The position numbers and the translations under genes are program-made. A model generated the notes under the pieces. It was not told where the DNA came from. It ran no database searches and worked only from the letters and a program-made list of their open reading frames with translations. This document shows positions 13,111 to 32,132 of a DNA stretch of 64,000 nucleotides, piece by piece. This DNA is from Eledone cirrhosa. Taxonomy: Eukaryota. Each line of letters starts with the position of its first letter. Position 1 is the first letter of the stretch. The stretch is taken from positions 43,801 through 107,800 of the forward strand of contig CAXHJY010000750.1 in assembly GCA_964016885.1 (NCBI GenBank). The letters run 5' to 3'.

Positions 13111-14065
13111 CCAACCAAGGAAGGATGGCTATAGAAAGTATAGCAGTAATGGCGGTGCCAGAGTAATCTTATACGAACATAGCAAAAGCTACGTCCCAAA
13201 GACTAACCTATTTCAGGCTGGAACAACTGCTGTCTATCTACAAAGTTCAGCTGAGGTTCACAATCTAGAACGGCTTTATATGAATCTATCAAAGACTACG
13301 TCCAATAGAAGGCCAACAGATTGCTTGACAGTGACTACTCTCCAACATATTCTAGCCAGTAACAATCAGACATGCTGCTTACTCCTCACTCTATACCTTC
13401 TATCGTTACTACAATGACATCAACGCCGCAGAGCATATTCGACATACTTGCTTCTTTAGATCTTATCCCCCACTCTCTATATTTACACAGGTAAAAGAAT
13501 AAAAGAGTAAATCCAGTAAATAAGGTTTTGGTCATGAGTTTTACCGTGCAGGTTTACCTGTCTGTATGATGTTGGTCGGCACTAGTCTAGACATGTTATA
13601 TAATTTAAAGTTTGAATACTAGTAGATAGATATTAATATTAACTCCCAAATGGACACATTCCTTATACTCACAAGGTGACATTACTACTCACTCATCGTT
13701 TGACGCAAGTCTTAATTTAAAAAAAAGTTGACATTTACTTCAAGTTACCGCATGAAACTGGCTTTAACTTACAAGTTGACATTTGCCTCACAGTTGATGG
13801 TTTATGGCTGCATCTGTCTTTGGAGAAGAATCTTAACCTCACTTCAAATATTGAAACCACTTCAACCGAAATACCATTGTTCGTTAAAAGTTCACCATTT
13901 TGTATAAGCGGTGCTCCTTATTCGTGCAAGGCTCTTTATTATTATTTATTTTTTTTTTTTACTAAAAGATTTATAATTTTGATAATGGTTATTTTAACTA
14001 AAATCTAAATCTGCATAACCAGTAAAAAGGTACTTCTGTTTGGGATTTAGTAGAGAAAAAAAAAG

Positions 14066-14300
<235 letters not shown>

Positions 14301-15163
14301 TGGAGGTAGAGGGAAATGGGAATTTAGAACGTTTATGTCTTTCTCAAGAGCATTCGGAAAGTAAATGAAATAAATATTTTCAACCAGGGATTGAAACCGT
14401 CCAGCAGAATCAGTAACTACTTAATCTTCAATACTAATTTTTAGTGTTGGTAGATTGGCAGAATATGTGCTTTTGTGGCTATGCTAGAAATCAATACTGG
14501 ATTTGTTTTGGGCTTGGCATACACGCTCTATATTTTTTAAGGTAGGAAGGAAGGGTTCTCATGATGGAATGTCAGGGATATGACTGGGTGGTAGAGTTAA
14601 TATTGGTTAGTAGACAAAATGCGTTTAATAACACCTGATCCTTGGGTGGTTTTAACGGAATTATCTCTGTTGCAAGAATTTAGGTCATTACGTTGGTTTG
14701 TGGCTAACTACCCCACCTCATACACCATTCACGGTGGCCCTGAAACGAATCATGGATACTGCTCTGCCTTGACTAAACAGTAAAATAACAACGATACAAC
14801 AAAACAACAAAAAATCTCAAAACAAAATCCTAGCCAGGTGTCTATGATAGAAATTACTATATTATCAATACAGATTTGTTTTAACAAACCCTTCTGTTAT
14901 ACATATTTTATTGGGTAGTCAGAGGAGAAAGGGTAGTGCAGTTCTGGGTAGGAATCAATGGACAAATTGTTTATTGTGAACTACTGTTTGTAGTTGGTTC
15001 GGAAGAGCAGGGGTAGTTATTTTAGTAAGACTATACGAATCAGAGAGAACAAAGAACACGTATGTGAGCTTGTGGTTGTAGGATGATGGCGGGTAACTTT
15101 TTAATGTTGTGTAGGATACTTGTGACAGCAGTTGTAGCATTATTTTCCCAGATATGTGAAAAG

Positions 15164-15167
<4 letters not shown>

Positions 15168-15257
<90 letters not shown>
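15168..15257. repeat. (GT)n microsatellite
   Basis: Pure GT run. Confidence 0.98.
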
Positions 15258-15259
<2 letters not shown>

Positions 15260-15619
15260 ACTAATATGTATGTGTATATGATCAGAGAGTCAGATAAAAG
15301 TAGAAGGTTGGGTATAATACAAAATAATATATATTTAATGACGATGTGGTTATTTCATTGTATGTTTGGTTCATTTTTAAAGTTATCAAATGTACTTCTG
15401 GAATATGTTCTTTGTAAATGTTAAACAAGCGATTAGAGCGGACGTATTTACAGTTCCCGAACAAAATGTGGAATCATTGTGATGCAGTTTGACAAAGTTA
15501 TATATGTGAGGTTACGATGAGAGATCATTAAAGATTGTGAAGGTCAGTATTTGTAAAGACTTTTAGGGATTTAAACGTGTTTTGATCATAGCTAATTTCG
15601 ACCACAGAACAGAGGACCA

Positions 15620-15621
<2 letters not shown>

Positions 15622-15713
<92 letters not shown>

Positions 15714-15793
15714 CGAGAGAAGGGGGGAAAGACAGGAGGTGATAGAGAGAAAGAGAGAGAGAGCGAGAGAAGGGGGGAAAGACGGGAGGTGAT

Positions 15794-15833
<40 letters not shown>

Positions 15834-15922
15834 GGGGAAGACGGGAGGTGATAGAGAGAAAGAGAGAGCGAGAGAAGGGGGAAAGAGAGAGAAGGGCAGT
15901 GAGAGAGAGAGACAGAGAGAGT
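15622..15922. repeat. (TA)n/(GA)n compound repeat with purine-rich minisatellite
   Basis: GAGAAGGGGG(G)AAAGAC.GGAGGTGATAGAGAGAAA repeated three times. Confidence 0.92.
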
Positions 15923-15939
15923 GAATTATTTACCCTATT

Positions 15940-16070
15940 ACAGCACTGGTACTTTATTTATCAACTCTAAAATGATGAAAGACAGCTTTGACCTCGATGG
16001 GATTCGAAATATATACAGCTGGAACAATTATCACAACACTTTAACGACATCTAATTCACCGCCTTAGAGA
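15940..16070 (-). mobile_element. SINE copy, diverged
   Basis: ACTGGTACTTTATT..ATGAAAGACAGCTTTGACCTCG = reverse complement of the SINE family. Confidence 0.55.
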
Positions 16071-16360
16071 AAAGATAAATGTAACGAAATAATAGTCCAA
16101 CGCTCTACCATCTTAATTTCACGGTCGCCATTTTAATATAAATATAGTGTAAATATATTGCACTTTAATTACATCATATTCATTAAATCTATTTGTTACC
16201 TTCAATATTTTATGTATAGACATCATTGTTTTAAATGTTTTGCATCAAGCACAATTAACTAACCACATCGTCATTAGATATACATTGTTTACATTGTGCA
16301 TTGTACTCAACCTTCTACCGGTATCTCACTCCCTGGCTATATATATATATACAGAAACAC

Positions 16361-16397
<37 letters not shown>

Positions 16398-16549
16398 CAA
16401 TAATATATGCATATATTTAACTGAAAATTGTTATAAGTTAAGGCAAACAATTCAAGTGAGCCGAAGCCGTGAATTTAGATAGATAACTTAAAGGATGCTG
16501 TACTAATGATATTTAAAATATTCTCAATTAATTGTGAGTGTTTACATAC

Positions 16550-16950
16550 ATAGTGGTTGTCTGTTTCTTGCAGAGCTTGGCCTCTTTTTGTACCTATAAT
16601 TGCTCTTTCCTAGCGTAATGACCTTTGAGTCCTGAAAGACGTTTGAAGAGCTGACTGCTAATACTGCTGCAATGTCTCATTTCAACAGTGTCCGTTTGTT
16701 TATTACGAATGTTCAAGAGTCATTCCAATCCTCCACGTGGCTTGCAGGTTTTTTGACAAACATGACATTGAAACTGGTCATCCGGAATGAAATTTCAATA
16801 ATTCATGTGTGCCTTGCTCGCATGGACGCGCTGGTGAGATCTCAGACCAGCGTGAGATATGATTTCTTTGGTGTATAAGGAATATTCAAAGAAAGAATGA
16901 TAATCACTCTCAATGTTATTCCGATTAATCCCATTTCTACGAACTTGTAC
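16550..16950 (-). pseudogene. Degenerate C2H2 zinc-finger array, probably the 3' end of an RTE-type LINE
   Basis: Reverse-strand fragments KEIISHAGLRSHQRVH, FQCHVCQKTCKPRGGL, QLFKRLSGLKGH with stops; 3' flank resembles the 608-bp element terminus. Confidence 0.5.
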
Positions 16951-16959
16951 TAGTGGAAA

Positions 16960-17142
16960 TCAGATGCCAATACAATGTTAGAGATTAGGGAAAAGGAGAA
17001 TATTTATGCTGAACTAATGAGAAATATGCAGATATTCCACCCTAACTATACCTTTAGATTTATACCTGTGATTATTGGAGAACTCTGGGATATATTACTA
17101 ACTGCCTCAGTAAAACCATGAGAAGATGGGCTTCACAGAACC
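16960..17142 (+). mobile_element. R4/Dong-like LINE 3' fragment (third copy)
   Basis: DANTMLEIREKENIYAELMRNMQIFHPNYTFRFIPVIIG matches 1968-2220 and 3793-4107. Confidence 0.75.
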
Positions 17143-18077
17143 TACATACATACATATATTCTTACTGGTGACGTGTTTCTCACCACTTTTTTTGGGAAAA
17201 CTAAAGGGTATGGTATTAATTCATAGGAAAAGATAAATACCAACCTAACAACATTTTTCTGGGGACTGAGATGATCCCAATTTTGAGCAATTTAAGACAA
17301 TGTCCATATAATATAACATCCACTATCAATATACACCTTTACACGATTTTCCATATATATTCCATATCATCCTCCACGACGTACAATTCCCCACATTCTC
17401 CCGAATTTATACTCAAACACATTACTATGACACAAAAAACTTTAAAACATTTGAAATACACACCAACGGCAACTGTATTCTGTACCGGACTCTACTGTAT
17501 GGTTTCTATCACAAGAAGACACAACTGCTTTCGACTATGAAGAAATTCACAATATCAAGCGGCACAATTATATCGAGACTTTCAGTATGTGTTTCCATAA
17601 CTGTCTGTTCGCTTGGAAATAATTAGATAATTGCCTCCTTGCTGAAAATGATTCAAATTCCTTCATTTATCTCTTCCACTCAGCATTCTCTTACGGCCAA
17701 ATGATACATTCAAGGTTTTAGTTCTGTTGACTTCCTTACATAGTCAAATTATTCAGCTACTCTCTCAATACTTGTTTGATATGATGCTTTCACTTTGATG
17801 TATAGACTACCGGCTGCACTTGATTCACGTTATGTAAACCTTTAAAATACGTTTTTGTTTTATCGGATTCGTACTGTCGGCGTTAGTAATAAAACATCAT
17901 TTTAAACATGTCTATTTATCATTACTGTATTTATAAACATCGTACTAATAAATATATGTACCAAATTATTCATTTATTTATTCATTTATGGATCTTTATC
18001 TTCTTATAATTATTTACACATACACACACAAGCACACTCACAGGTGCACACTACTTCAAAACATGAAGCACTTAGAG

Positions 18078-18429
18078 CAGAGATTCTCAAACTTTTTGGG
18101 CCACCCACCCCTCACGGCCACGTAATACCCTCAGCACCCACCAACCCTATTTCCAGAGAGACCTGCCTACACGCAAATTGTCAATAATATATAATAAATA
18201 AAATCGTTAATTTATATATAATAAATAATAATATAAACTATATATAAATAAATGTTGTCTATCTTTAAATTTTACTACATTTATATATAATATGTATCAT
18301 TTGATATTTAATATACTATTATATCATCTCTACCTCCCCTCCCACTGCCCCCTTAGGCTCCAGCGTCCCCTCGGACCTTCTCAATCCCCCCCGGGGGGGG
18401 GGGGGTAGCACCCACTTTGAGAACCTTTG
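18078..18429. mobile_element. hAT (Charlie-like) MITE
   Basis: TIRs CAGAGATTCTCAAA / TTTGAGAACCTTTG; 8-bp TSD ACTTAGAG (18070-77) vs ATTTAGAG (18430-37); GC-rich subtermini, AT-rich middle. Confidence 0.8.
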
Positions 18430-19877
18430 ATTTAGAGAATAGTGTAAGATGCGAGGATGGATGTGTACGGTGCTTCCAATAGAGGCAGGTCATCATGGGT
18501 TTGTAGCTAGATCCACAATATCTTACATGGTTAACATTGGACTTAGGAAGGGCCAGAGAGTAGTCAGTCATGATCTGGAGTGGGAAGTAAAAAACATTTC
18601 ATTGTGGATATAGCAGTGGCATATAAAAGATAGCCCTAAGTTGAGATTGAAGAATAAATCCTCACCAAATAGTAAAACAAAGTGCTAGGATAATGGAGGG
18701 AAAATGTGTGCTATAGTATGATCTATATCAATTGGAATGGTCTCTGGTAGTATCAATGCTGCTCGGCACCGATAGAGGGAATAATTCTACCAGAAGATAA
18801 CGAAATCGCTGTTATCTCCAGTTGACAACTTATGAAAGGAATGTTCCGCAGTGCAAGCTCTATATAAAATATAAAATATATCATGGACATCTATCTAAAA
18901 CGTTATTTGTTTATTTATCGCAGTATTTATTGCATAGTTTCTGGTAATGATAATAATGTGCATTATTAAATAGATACACAAGTGACAGTAATTAAGTTTA
19001 TATTGTATATACCTAAAGGAAATATTATTTTGGTGACAAAGTTGACAGCAATTTTGATGTATACTTACATGCAAAAATAGTAGCAAAAAATATTTTTCTT
19101 TTAGTATATTTTATTGTCGGTGCCAACTGAAATGTCTCTTATCAGATGCTGTCGCTTAGTTTAGAATTTGTCCAAAATTATCTTTAGCTGTTTCTATTTA
19201 TTCCAAAATGATTTCGTTGTGCTTTTTATCGGTTAACAACGATCTCAGATCATATCTTTTACCAAGCAAGTACAATTCAAGCATATTTTTATTGGTTTGT
19301 CAAAATTACTGCGTATTAAAAAAACTTATTGAGTACCTTAACTTTTAAGTGTTTTATCGGCGAAATATTTGAGTTGTTATTTACCTCAGGTCAGCTGTAG
19401 GTGAGCAGGCATTACTGATCAAATGAGTCAAATCATACCAATTCCGCCTTTCATTTGGGCCTTGCACCAGAAGTGCTACATTATCCAATGCATCCCTTTT
19501 TTTTCAAGAGTATAATCCGTAATTTGGCAGCTATTTTTAGAGCGTCAGGATAAGTATTTTCTCGATAGTACTCAATCAGCAGGTTTTAATCCATGACTAA
19601 ATGCAACTACATGTATATAATGGAATACATCACATGCTGAGTGATTTAATGTATGATTAAGCTCCATTGCTTTTTGTCAAAGCAACGCCACATACTTACA
19701 GTATTTATATGGATTATATGCATCAATGGGTGTGCACGTGATTTCAATATATTTTGCTTGAGGAGAAACTAAATAAACTCGATATTGTAATAGTTTTGTT
19801 GTTGATCACGTGTTGTTTGCAAGCTCGCCAATATTATGTTTCTTTGTAATTAGTAAGCTAATTATGGCCCACCCTGG

Positions 19878-22617
<2,740 letters not shown>

Positions 22618-23710
22618 TAACGGATAGTACGATCTATACGTGTATATTTTACGTCTTGATGTGGGAGCTAAGTATATGTTTTGTTTATTCCTTTACTTAT
22701 TTGCATAGGTAAGTATATATTACCCGTATGTTTTGTGAAGGTATGTATACCTTCTCGTACGTATATTTGACTGTTATGGCGTATAATTTTTACATATTCT
22801 GGTATTTAGGGCTTGGCTATGTGTATTCGGGAGTTTTGCGTCTGCGTGAGTATGCAGGTTCGTACGTATGGTGGTTGTGTGTATATGTGTACTTCTTGTT
22901 TTAGTTGACTTACGTCTCCGTACATTCGTGTATTTATATGTAGGTATGTGTGTGCGCTTGTTATATACGTATTTATTTACTTATATACGTTTATATAATT
23001 ATTTATTTATTTGTACACAAGCATACACACACACATATTTATATGTGCGTGGTTTTGTATACCTATGGTAAGGTTTTGCGTTTGCTTGTGTATGTACGTA
23101 TCTGATTGCGTGTATGTATTTATTTATTTCTATTACTTCTGTATTGTATTTATTTACTTTGTTCTTAACTCTGTAGCGGAGATTGATTTGGTCTCCTAGT
23201 TAGAATTTTAGTCTACGACTTCTGCTATACCATTTACGTGGTTTTGTCTTTGCGTGCTATTGTTCTCCACGCTCCACATATGACTTATTATCTTCGTTTT
23301 TCCGTTCATTGCCAGAGAACGTCTCTATGCACCACCTAAGAGAACATTAGTCTACGACCTCTTTTATACCATAAACGTGGTTCTGTCCTTGCACGTAATT
23401 GTCTTTCACCGCTCCTATTAATGACGTATTATTCGTTTTTCCAGTTCTTTGTCAGCGAACGTTTCCACGAACCAAAGTATCGTCTTCCTGTCTTCCACCG
23501 GTTGCAACGTTTTTTGAAATATCCAGTTCTGCGTTTACAGATTGACTTTCTTAGTTTCAGAAGATCCCGTTAAGGGTGAAAGCAGCGATTCTTTGCTTAA
23601 ACTTTAATCTGTTATTTTAATAAATATTTGCTCTACGGTTCTTATATATTTGATATATATTTATCCTTATCGAGCCCTCTTTGGATTTTAGTCTTCAAAT
23701 TTATTATTAT

Positions 23711-23712
<2 letters not shown>
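22618..23712 (+). mobile_element. TA-flanked non-coding insertion, probably PLE-derived
   Basis: Bounded by TA tracts; 140-bp imperfect tandem duplication (23208/23348); degenerate hammerhead-like CAGAAGA..CCC GTTAA GGG..GAAA near 23558; TCGAGCCC near right end. Confidence 0.45.
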
Positions 23713-23786
<74 letters not shown>

Positions 23787-23879
23787 TATACATATATATG
23801 TATATATATGTATATATATATATATTCTTATTGGCAACATGACCCTCCCAAAGTATAACAATATATATACATATATATA

Positions 23880-25220
23880 TGGAAATTTATATTTAAATTG
23901 TTGGGTTAACAACGAGTAAATATTTATAACTGATATAAAAGCACTCAACAAGTATTTGTATAAACTAGATAAACTTCTATATTAAATATAAGAACATATG
24001 TAGACCAAATGGGTATCCTAAACTTTTGGAATGATTTCTGCTAGACAGGATTTGGTAAACAATTTTTGTTTTATCTGTTTCGACTCTGATGCTTATGATG
24101 AACTTGGCAATATATTGTCAATTAACTTTAAAAGGCTGATCTCTGTGGCCGATTTGCGTGGCATAATATGTTTTATTTTTATTATTTTTTAATATTTTGT
24201 AATATTTTTTATTTTTTTTATTTTTAATATTAAATGTTTTAGTTTTCTGTTTATTTATTTATTTTCTTGTCTCTGATATTTTTATTTTTATTTTTATTTT
24301 TATTTTTATTAATATATTGAAATCTGTTCTCTATTTCTGCTTGATCGACAATCATGTAGAGTAAAGACAAGAATAGTATTGTTAAAATTAATATAGACTC
24401 TATATATATGTGTATATATACACACATATATGTATACTTGAATTTTTATAGCACAATGAGAATGTTTTCGTGTGAATTGAGAGTTTGTTTATAATTATGA
24501 TATAAACATATGAATTTTTTAAAAACTAGACATAAGATCATTACTTTCACACATTATAGATACATGTCTCATTCTTGAATACTGATATTTACATTATAAT
24601 GCCTGTTTTATACGAACTAATATTTTCTACGGGATAAAACATAGCGGTTTTAAATTCTGCCTCGTTTATGTCTGGTTATGTGTCATTTTCTCTTTTTCAT
24701 TTTCTCTTTTTTCTCTCTATATAACGGCTATTTTCTGTCTTAACTACATACATCTCTCTTTACATTAATACTAGAGCTAAATAAATAAATAAATAAATAA
24801 ATAAATGTATCAACCGATACTCAACTTCCTAGTTTCTCTATCTATCTCTATCTATCTCTTTCTTTTTTCCTCTCTCTATATATATTTCTCTCTGTTTCTT
24901 TACATGTAGTTCTTCTCTTTATCTATCTTTCTATATCTCTCTATTTAGTCACATGCATTTCTTCTTTTTCTTCGTTTCTCTTTCTTTCTTTCTTTCTCTC
25001 TTTCTTTTTACAACTGTCCACAATATTTTTTACTGCCAAATTAACCTCCCAAATGCAAGGTGATTGAAAGGTATGTCGTATCTATTTATTTATAAGACTG
25101 TTTATATTGTATTTTGTCTGAAGAAGGCATAACATATTGTTAATATGATATCCCTGAAATATATATAACGAAATAAATATGGTTTTATAAATATAGTTTC
25201 CATTTATTTAATATCATACA
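23880..25220 (+). mobile_element. Hammerhead-bearing non-autonomous insertion (family of 38462-38927)
   Basis: Left end is the reverse complement of 38845-38925; right end (about 25085-25220) matches 38705-38843. Confidence 0.75.
25110..25175 (+). ncRNA. Type I hammerhead ribozyme
   Basis: Stem I TATTTTGT/ACGAAATA; CTGAAGA; stem II AGG..CCT with hairpin insert; GAAA; minimal palindromic stem III TATATA; ATA triplet ending 25167. Confidence 0.8.
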
Positions 25221-25343
25221 TATATATATATATATTTGGGGAGGGTCATATTTGTGTAATATTGCCAGAATTAATAACAGAATTAGTATATAATTTATCT
25301 AGTGATTCTATAGACATGTTTTATGATATGTATATATATATAC

Positions 25344-25428
<85 letters not shown>

Positions 25429-25491
25429 CATATATATATACATATACATATACATATACATATATATATATATATATACATATATATATAC

Positions 25492-25586
<95 letters not shown>

Positions 25587-25725
25587 CATATATATATACA
25601 TATATATATACATATATATATATGTATATATATATACATATATATATACATATATATATACATATATATATACACATATATATATATATATACACATATA
25701 TATATATACATATATATATATATAC

Positions 25726-25872
25726 ATATCATAAAACATGTCTATAGAATCACCAGATAAAATATATACTATTTCCTGGTGATTCTATAGACATCTTTTA
25801 TGATATATAGCTCTGATTATTTAATTTATTAACTTTTCATTGAGCCACAAAGTGACCCGTTGCAAAACACGT
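25726..25872. mobile_element. Miniature inverted insertion
   Basis: 31-bp inverted arms 25726-25756 / 25776-25806, right arm extended about 65 bp including TTGAGCCA; same arm sequence also at about 25298-25330. Confidence 0.65.
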
Positions 25873-26078
25873 ATATGTATATATGTATTTATAGATATAT
25901 ATGTAAACCTTTATATATATATATATATACGTATATATATATACATATATATATATACATATATATATACATATATATATACATATATATATACATATAT
26001 ATATACATATATATATACATATAAATATATAGATATATATGTAAACCTTTATATATATATATACATATATATACATAC

Positions 26079-26154
<76 letters not shown>

Positions 26155-26156
<2 letters not shown>

Positions 26157-26794
26157 TGGCTGCCAACTCGTTTTCGAGTACGGCCACTACTTTATATCCA
26201 TGTAGGAGGACCCCTACCGATGCGCTGAACGAGTGTGACTTTTCAGTCCGGCCAGCGACTTGAAAACTTTGGTACAAACACTACACATGTGACAATTATT
26301 GACACATAGTGCTGGGCCCATGGTACCATGTGACGACAAGTGCAGAGAGATCTCCAGATATAAAGCAATGCCTGTGCCGTGAAGTTTTTATAGTGAGCAA
26401 AGGCACTGCACAAAGCCAGTCCCACTCTCTTAACCAAGATGATATTTACCAAAAAGAAGAACAAGTCAACATCATTGGATATCATCAGGGTTGCAGGTGT
26501 GATATCAGAGTTTTCCTTCTCCTAGAATTCTGCCTTGACAAAGGCTAAGGGGTCATCTCTCCCGGTGATTTTGGATGGCCATTGACTCTTAAGAGCTCCT
26601 TTGCCCTTTGACAGGTTTTGTTTTTAGTCCTGCAGGATGTCCAAAGTCACCCTCCTCACCAAGAAACCTTGGTGGGGTTGCCAGTTTAGTCGCCAACGAC
26701 CCGACCATGGGACAGGTTGTACTGGGATACATGTTACCAGTAGCACCAACTGGTGACCTGACATAATATACATATATATAACTGGTGACCTGAC
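26155..26794 (-). mobile_element. ~608-bp non-autonomous RTE-derived element, copy 1 (full length + 15-bp 5' duplication)
   Basis: Near-identical to six other copies; reverse strand has GGAGAAGGAAAACTCTGA (RTE 5'UTR-like) and a terminal C2H2 coding remnant. Confidence 0.88.
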
Positions 26795-27230
26795 ATAATA
26801 TACATACATACATATATATATACATACATATATATATATACATACATATATATATATATACATAAATATATATATATATACATACATATATATATACATA
26901 CATATATATATATATACATACATATATATATACATACATATATATATATACATATATATATATACATACATATATACATATACATATATATATATACATA
27001 CATATATATATATATACATACATATATATATATATACATACATATATATATATATACATACATATATATATATATATACATACATATATATATATACATA
27101 CATATATATATATACATACATACATATACATACATACATACATATACATACATACATATATATATACATATATACATACATACATATATATATACATATA
27201 TATATACATATACATATATACATATATATA

Positions 27231-27262
<32 letters not shown>

Positions 27263-27279
27263 CATATATACATATATAC

Positions 27280-27310
<31 letters not shown>

Positions 27311-27461
27311 CATATATACATATATATATATATATACATATATACATATATATACATATATATATATATATACATATATACATATATATATATATATACA
27401 TATATACATATATATACATATATACATATATATATATACATATATACATATATATATATAC

Positions 27462-27496
<35 letters not shown>

Positions 27497-28297
27497 CATA
27501 TATACATATATATATACATATATATATATACATATATATATACATATATATATATACATATATATATACATATATATATATACATATATATATACACATA
27601 TATATATATATACATATATACATATATATATACACATATATATATATATACATATATACATATATATATACATATATACATATATATATATACATATACA
27701 TATATATATACATATACATATATATATATACATATACATATATATATACACATATACATATATATATACATATATATATACATATACATATATATATACA
27801 TATACATATATACATACATATACACACATATATACATATATACATATATATATACATATATATATACATATACATATATATATACATATACATATATATA
27901 TACATATATACATATATATATACATATACATATATATATACATATACATACACATATACATATATATATACATATATATATATACATATACATATATATA
28001 TATATATACATATATATACACATATACACATATATATACATATACATATATATATACATATATATATACATATACATATATATACACATATACATATATA
28101 TATACATACATACATATACACATATACATATATATATATATACATATATATACACATATACATATATATATATATACACATATATATACATACACATATA
28201 TATATATACATATATATACATATACATATACATATATATACACATACATATATATACATACATATATATACATATATATATATATATATACATATAT

Positions 28298-28338
<41 letters not shown>

Positions 28339-28877
28339 CATATATATATATATATATACATACATATATATATATATATATATACATACATATATATATA
28401 TATATACATACATATACATATATATATACATACATATATACATATACATACATATATATATATACATACATATATATATATATATATACATACATATATA
28501 TATATACATACATATATATATATATATACATACATATATATATATATACATACATATATATATATATATACATACATATATATATATATATACATACATA
28601 TATATATATATACATACATATATATATATACATACATATATATATATATATACATACATATATATATATATACATACATATATATATATATACATACATA
28701 TATATATATATATATACATACATATATATATACATACATATATATATATATATATACATACATACATATATATATATATATACATACATATATATATATA
28801 TACATACATATATATATATACATACATATATATATATATACATACATATATATATATATATATACATACATATATAT

Positions 28878-28908
<31 letters not shown>

Positions 28909-29005
28909 CATACATACATATATATATATATACACACACATACATACATACATACATATACATACATACACACATATATATATATATATATATATACGCA
29001 CATAC

Positions 29006-29038
<33 letters not shown>

Positions 29039-29387
29039 CATACATACACACATATATATATATACACACACACATACACATATATATATATATACATACA
29101 CGCATATATATATACATATATACATATATACACACATACATATACATATGTATATATATATACATATATATATATATACATACATATATATATATATACA
29201 TATATACATACATACATATATATATATATATACATACATACATATATATATACATACATATATACATACATATACATACATACACATATATATACATATA
29301 CATACATATATATACACATATACATACATATATATATATATATACATACATATATATATATATATATATACATACATATATATATAT

Positions 29388-29418
<31 letters not shown>

Positions 29419-29467
29419 CATACATATATATATATATATATATACATACATACATATATATATATAT

Positions 29468-29531
<64 letters not shown>

Positions 29532-29757
29532 AAGCATATATATATACATACATATATATATATACATATATACACATACATACATATATATATATATATA
29601 CATACATATATATATATATATATACATACATATATACATATATATATACATATATATACATATATATACATATATATATACATATATACATATATATATA
29701 TACATTATATATATATATATATACATTATATATATATATATATACATATATATATAC

Positions 29758-29788
<31 letters not shown>

Positions 29789-29803
29789 CATATATATATA
29801 CAT

Positions 29804-29835
<32 letters not shown>

Positions 29836-29957
29836 CATATATATATACATTATATATATATATATACACATATATATACATATATATATACATATATATA
29901 TATATATACATATATATATACATATATATATATATATACATATATACATATATATAA

Positions 29958-30044
<87 letters not shown>

Positions 30045-30240
30045 TGCATATACATATATATACATACACATACATACATATATATGCATATACATATATA
30101 TATATATATATACATATATATATACATATATACATATACATATACATATATATATATACATACATACACACACATATACATACATACATACATATATATA
30201 TACATACATATATATATACATACATATATACATAAATATA

Positions 30241-30314
<74 letters not shown>

Positions 30315-30849
30315 CATACATATATATATTTATTCATATATATATATATACATATACATACATATATATATACATATATATATTTATTCATATATATATA
30401 TATATATATACATATATATACACATATACATATATATATTCATATACATATATATACATATACATATATTTATACATATACATACTTATACATATATATA
30501 TATACATATATATATATACATATACATACATATATACATCCATACATATATATACATATATATACATACATATATACATATATACATATATATATACATA
30601 TATACATATATATATACATATATACATACACATATACATATATACACACACATATACATATATACACATACATACATATATATATACATACACATACATA
30701 TACATATATATACATATACATACATACACACATACATACATATATATATACATACATACATACATATATACATATATATACATACATATATACATACATA
30801 CATATACATACATATACATATATATATACATACACATACATATATATAC

Positions 30850-30881
<32 letters not shown>

Positions 30882-30929
30882 ACATATATATATATATACA
30901 TATATATACATATATATACATATATATAC

Positions 30930-30982
<53 letters not shown>

Positions 30983-31051
30983 TATATACATATATACATA
31001 TATATATACATATATACATATATACATATATATATACATATATACATATAT

Positions 31052-31659
31052 GGTGGCTGCCAACTCGTTTTCGAGTACGGCCACTACTTTATATCCATGT
31101 AGGAGGACCCCTACCGATGCGCTGAACGAGTGTGACTTTTCAGTCCGGCCAGCGACTTGAAAACTTTGGTACAAACACTACACATGTGACAATTATTGAC
31201 ACATAGTGCTGGGCCCATGGTACCATGTGACGACAAGTGCAGAGAGATCTCCAGATATAAAGCAATGCCTGTGCCGTGAAGTTTTTATAGTGAGCAAAGG
31301 CACTGCACAAAGCCAGTCCCACTCTCTTAACCAAGATGATATTTACCAAAAAGAAGAACAAGTCAACATCATTGGATATCATCAGGGTTGCAGGTGTGAT
31401 ATCAGAGTTTTCCTTCTCCTAGAATTCTGCCTTGACAAAGGCTAAGGGGTCATCTCTCCCGGTGATTTTGGATGGCCATTGACTCGTAAGAGCTCCTTTG
31501 CCCTTTGACAGGTTTTGTTTTTAGTCCTGCAGGATGTCCAAAGTCACCCTCCTCACCAAGAAACCTTGGTGGGGTTGCCAGTTTAGTCGCCAACGACCCG
31601 ACCATGGGACAGGTTGTACTGGGATACATGTTACCAGTAGCACCAACTGGTGACCTGAC
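31052..31659 (-). mobile_element. 608-bp element, copy 2 (full length)
   Basis: Almost identical to copy 1. Confidence 0.9.
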
Positions 31660-31841
31660 ATAATATACATATATACATATATATATACATACAGAAAATA
31701 TATATACATACATATATATATATACATATATATACATACATATATATATATACATACATACATATATATATATACATATATATATATACATATATATATA
31801 TATACATATATATATATACATATATATATATATACATATAC

Positions 31842-31928
<87 letters not shown>

Positions 31929-32101
31929 CATATATATATATACATATATACATATATATATACATATATATATATACATATATACATATATATATATACA
32001 TATATATATATACACATATATATATATACATATATATATATACATATATATATATACATATATACATATATATACATATATACACATATATACATATATA
32101 C

Positions 32102-32132
<31 letters not shown>

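Noticed and set aside
23550-23595. Hammerhead-like CAGAAGA..GAAA
   Set aside because: U4 is mutated and there is no convincing stem I; at best a decayed copy
26243-26548. Recurrent 79-80 aa ORFs in the 608-bp element
   Set aside because: They recur only because the copies are near-identical; overlapping antisense frames with no recognisable domain
26675-26762. Possible HDV-like ribozyme at the 5' end of the 608-bp element (CCAGT..GG TCG TTGG CGA CTAA ACTGG)
   Set aside because: P2/P4/J4-2-like pieces are visible but I could not build canonical P1 and P3/L3; needs a descriptor search
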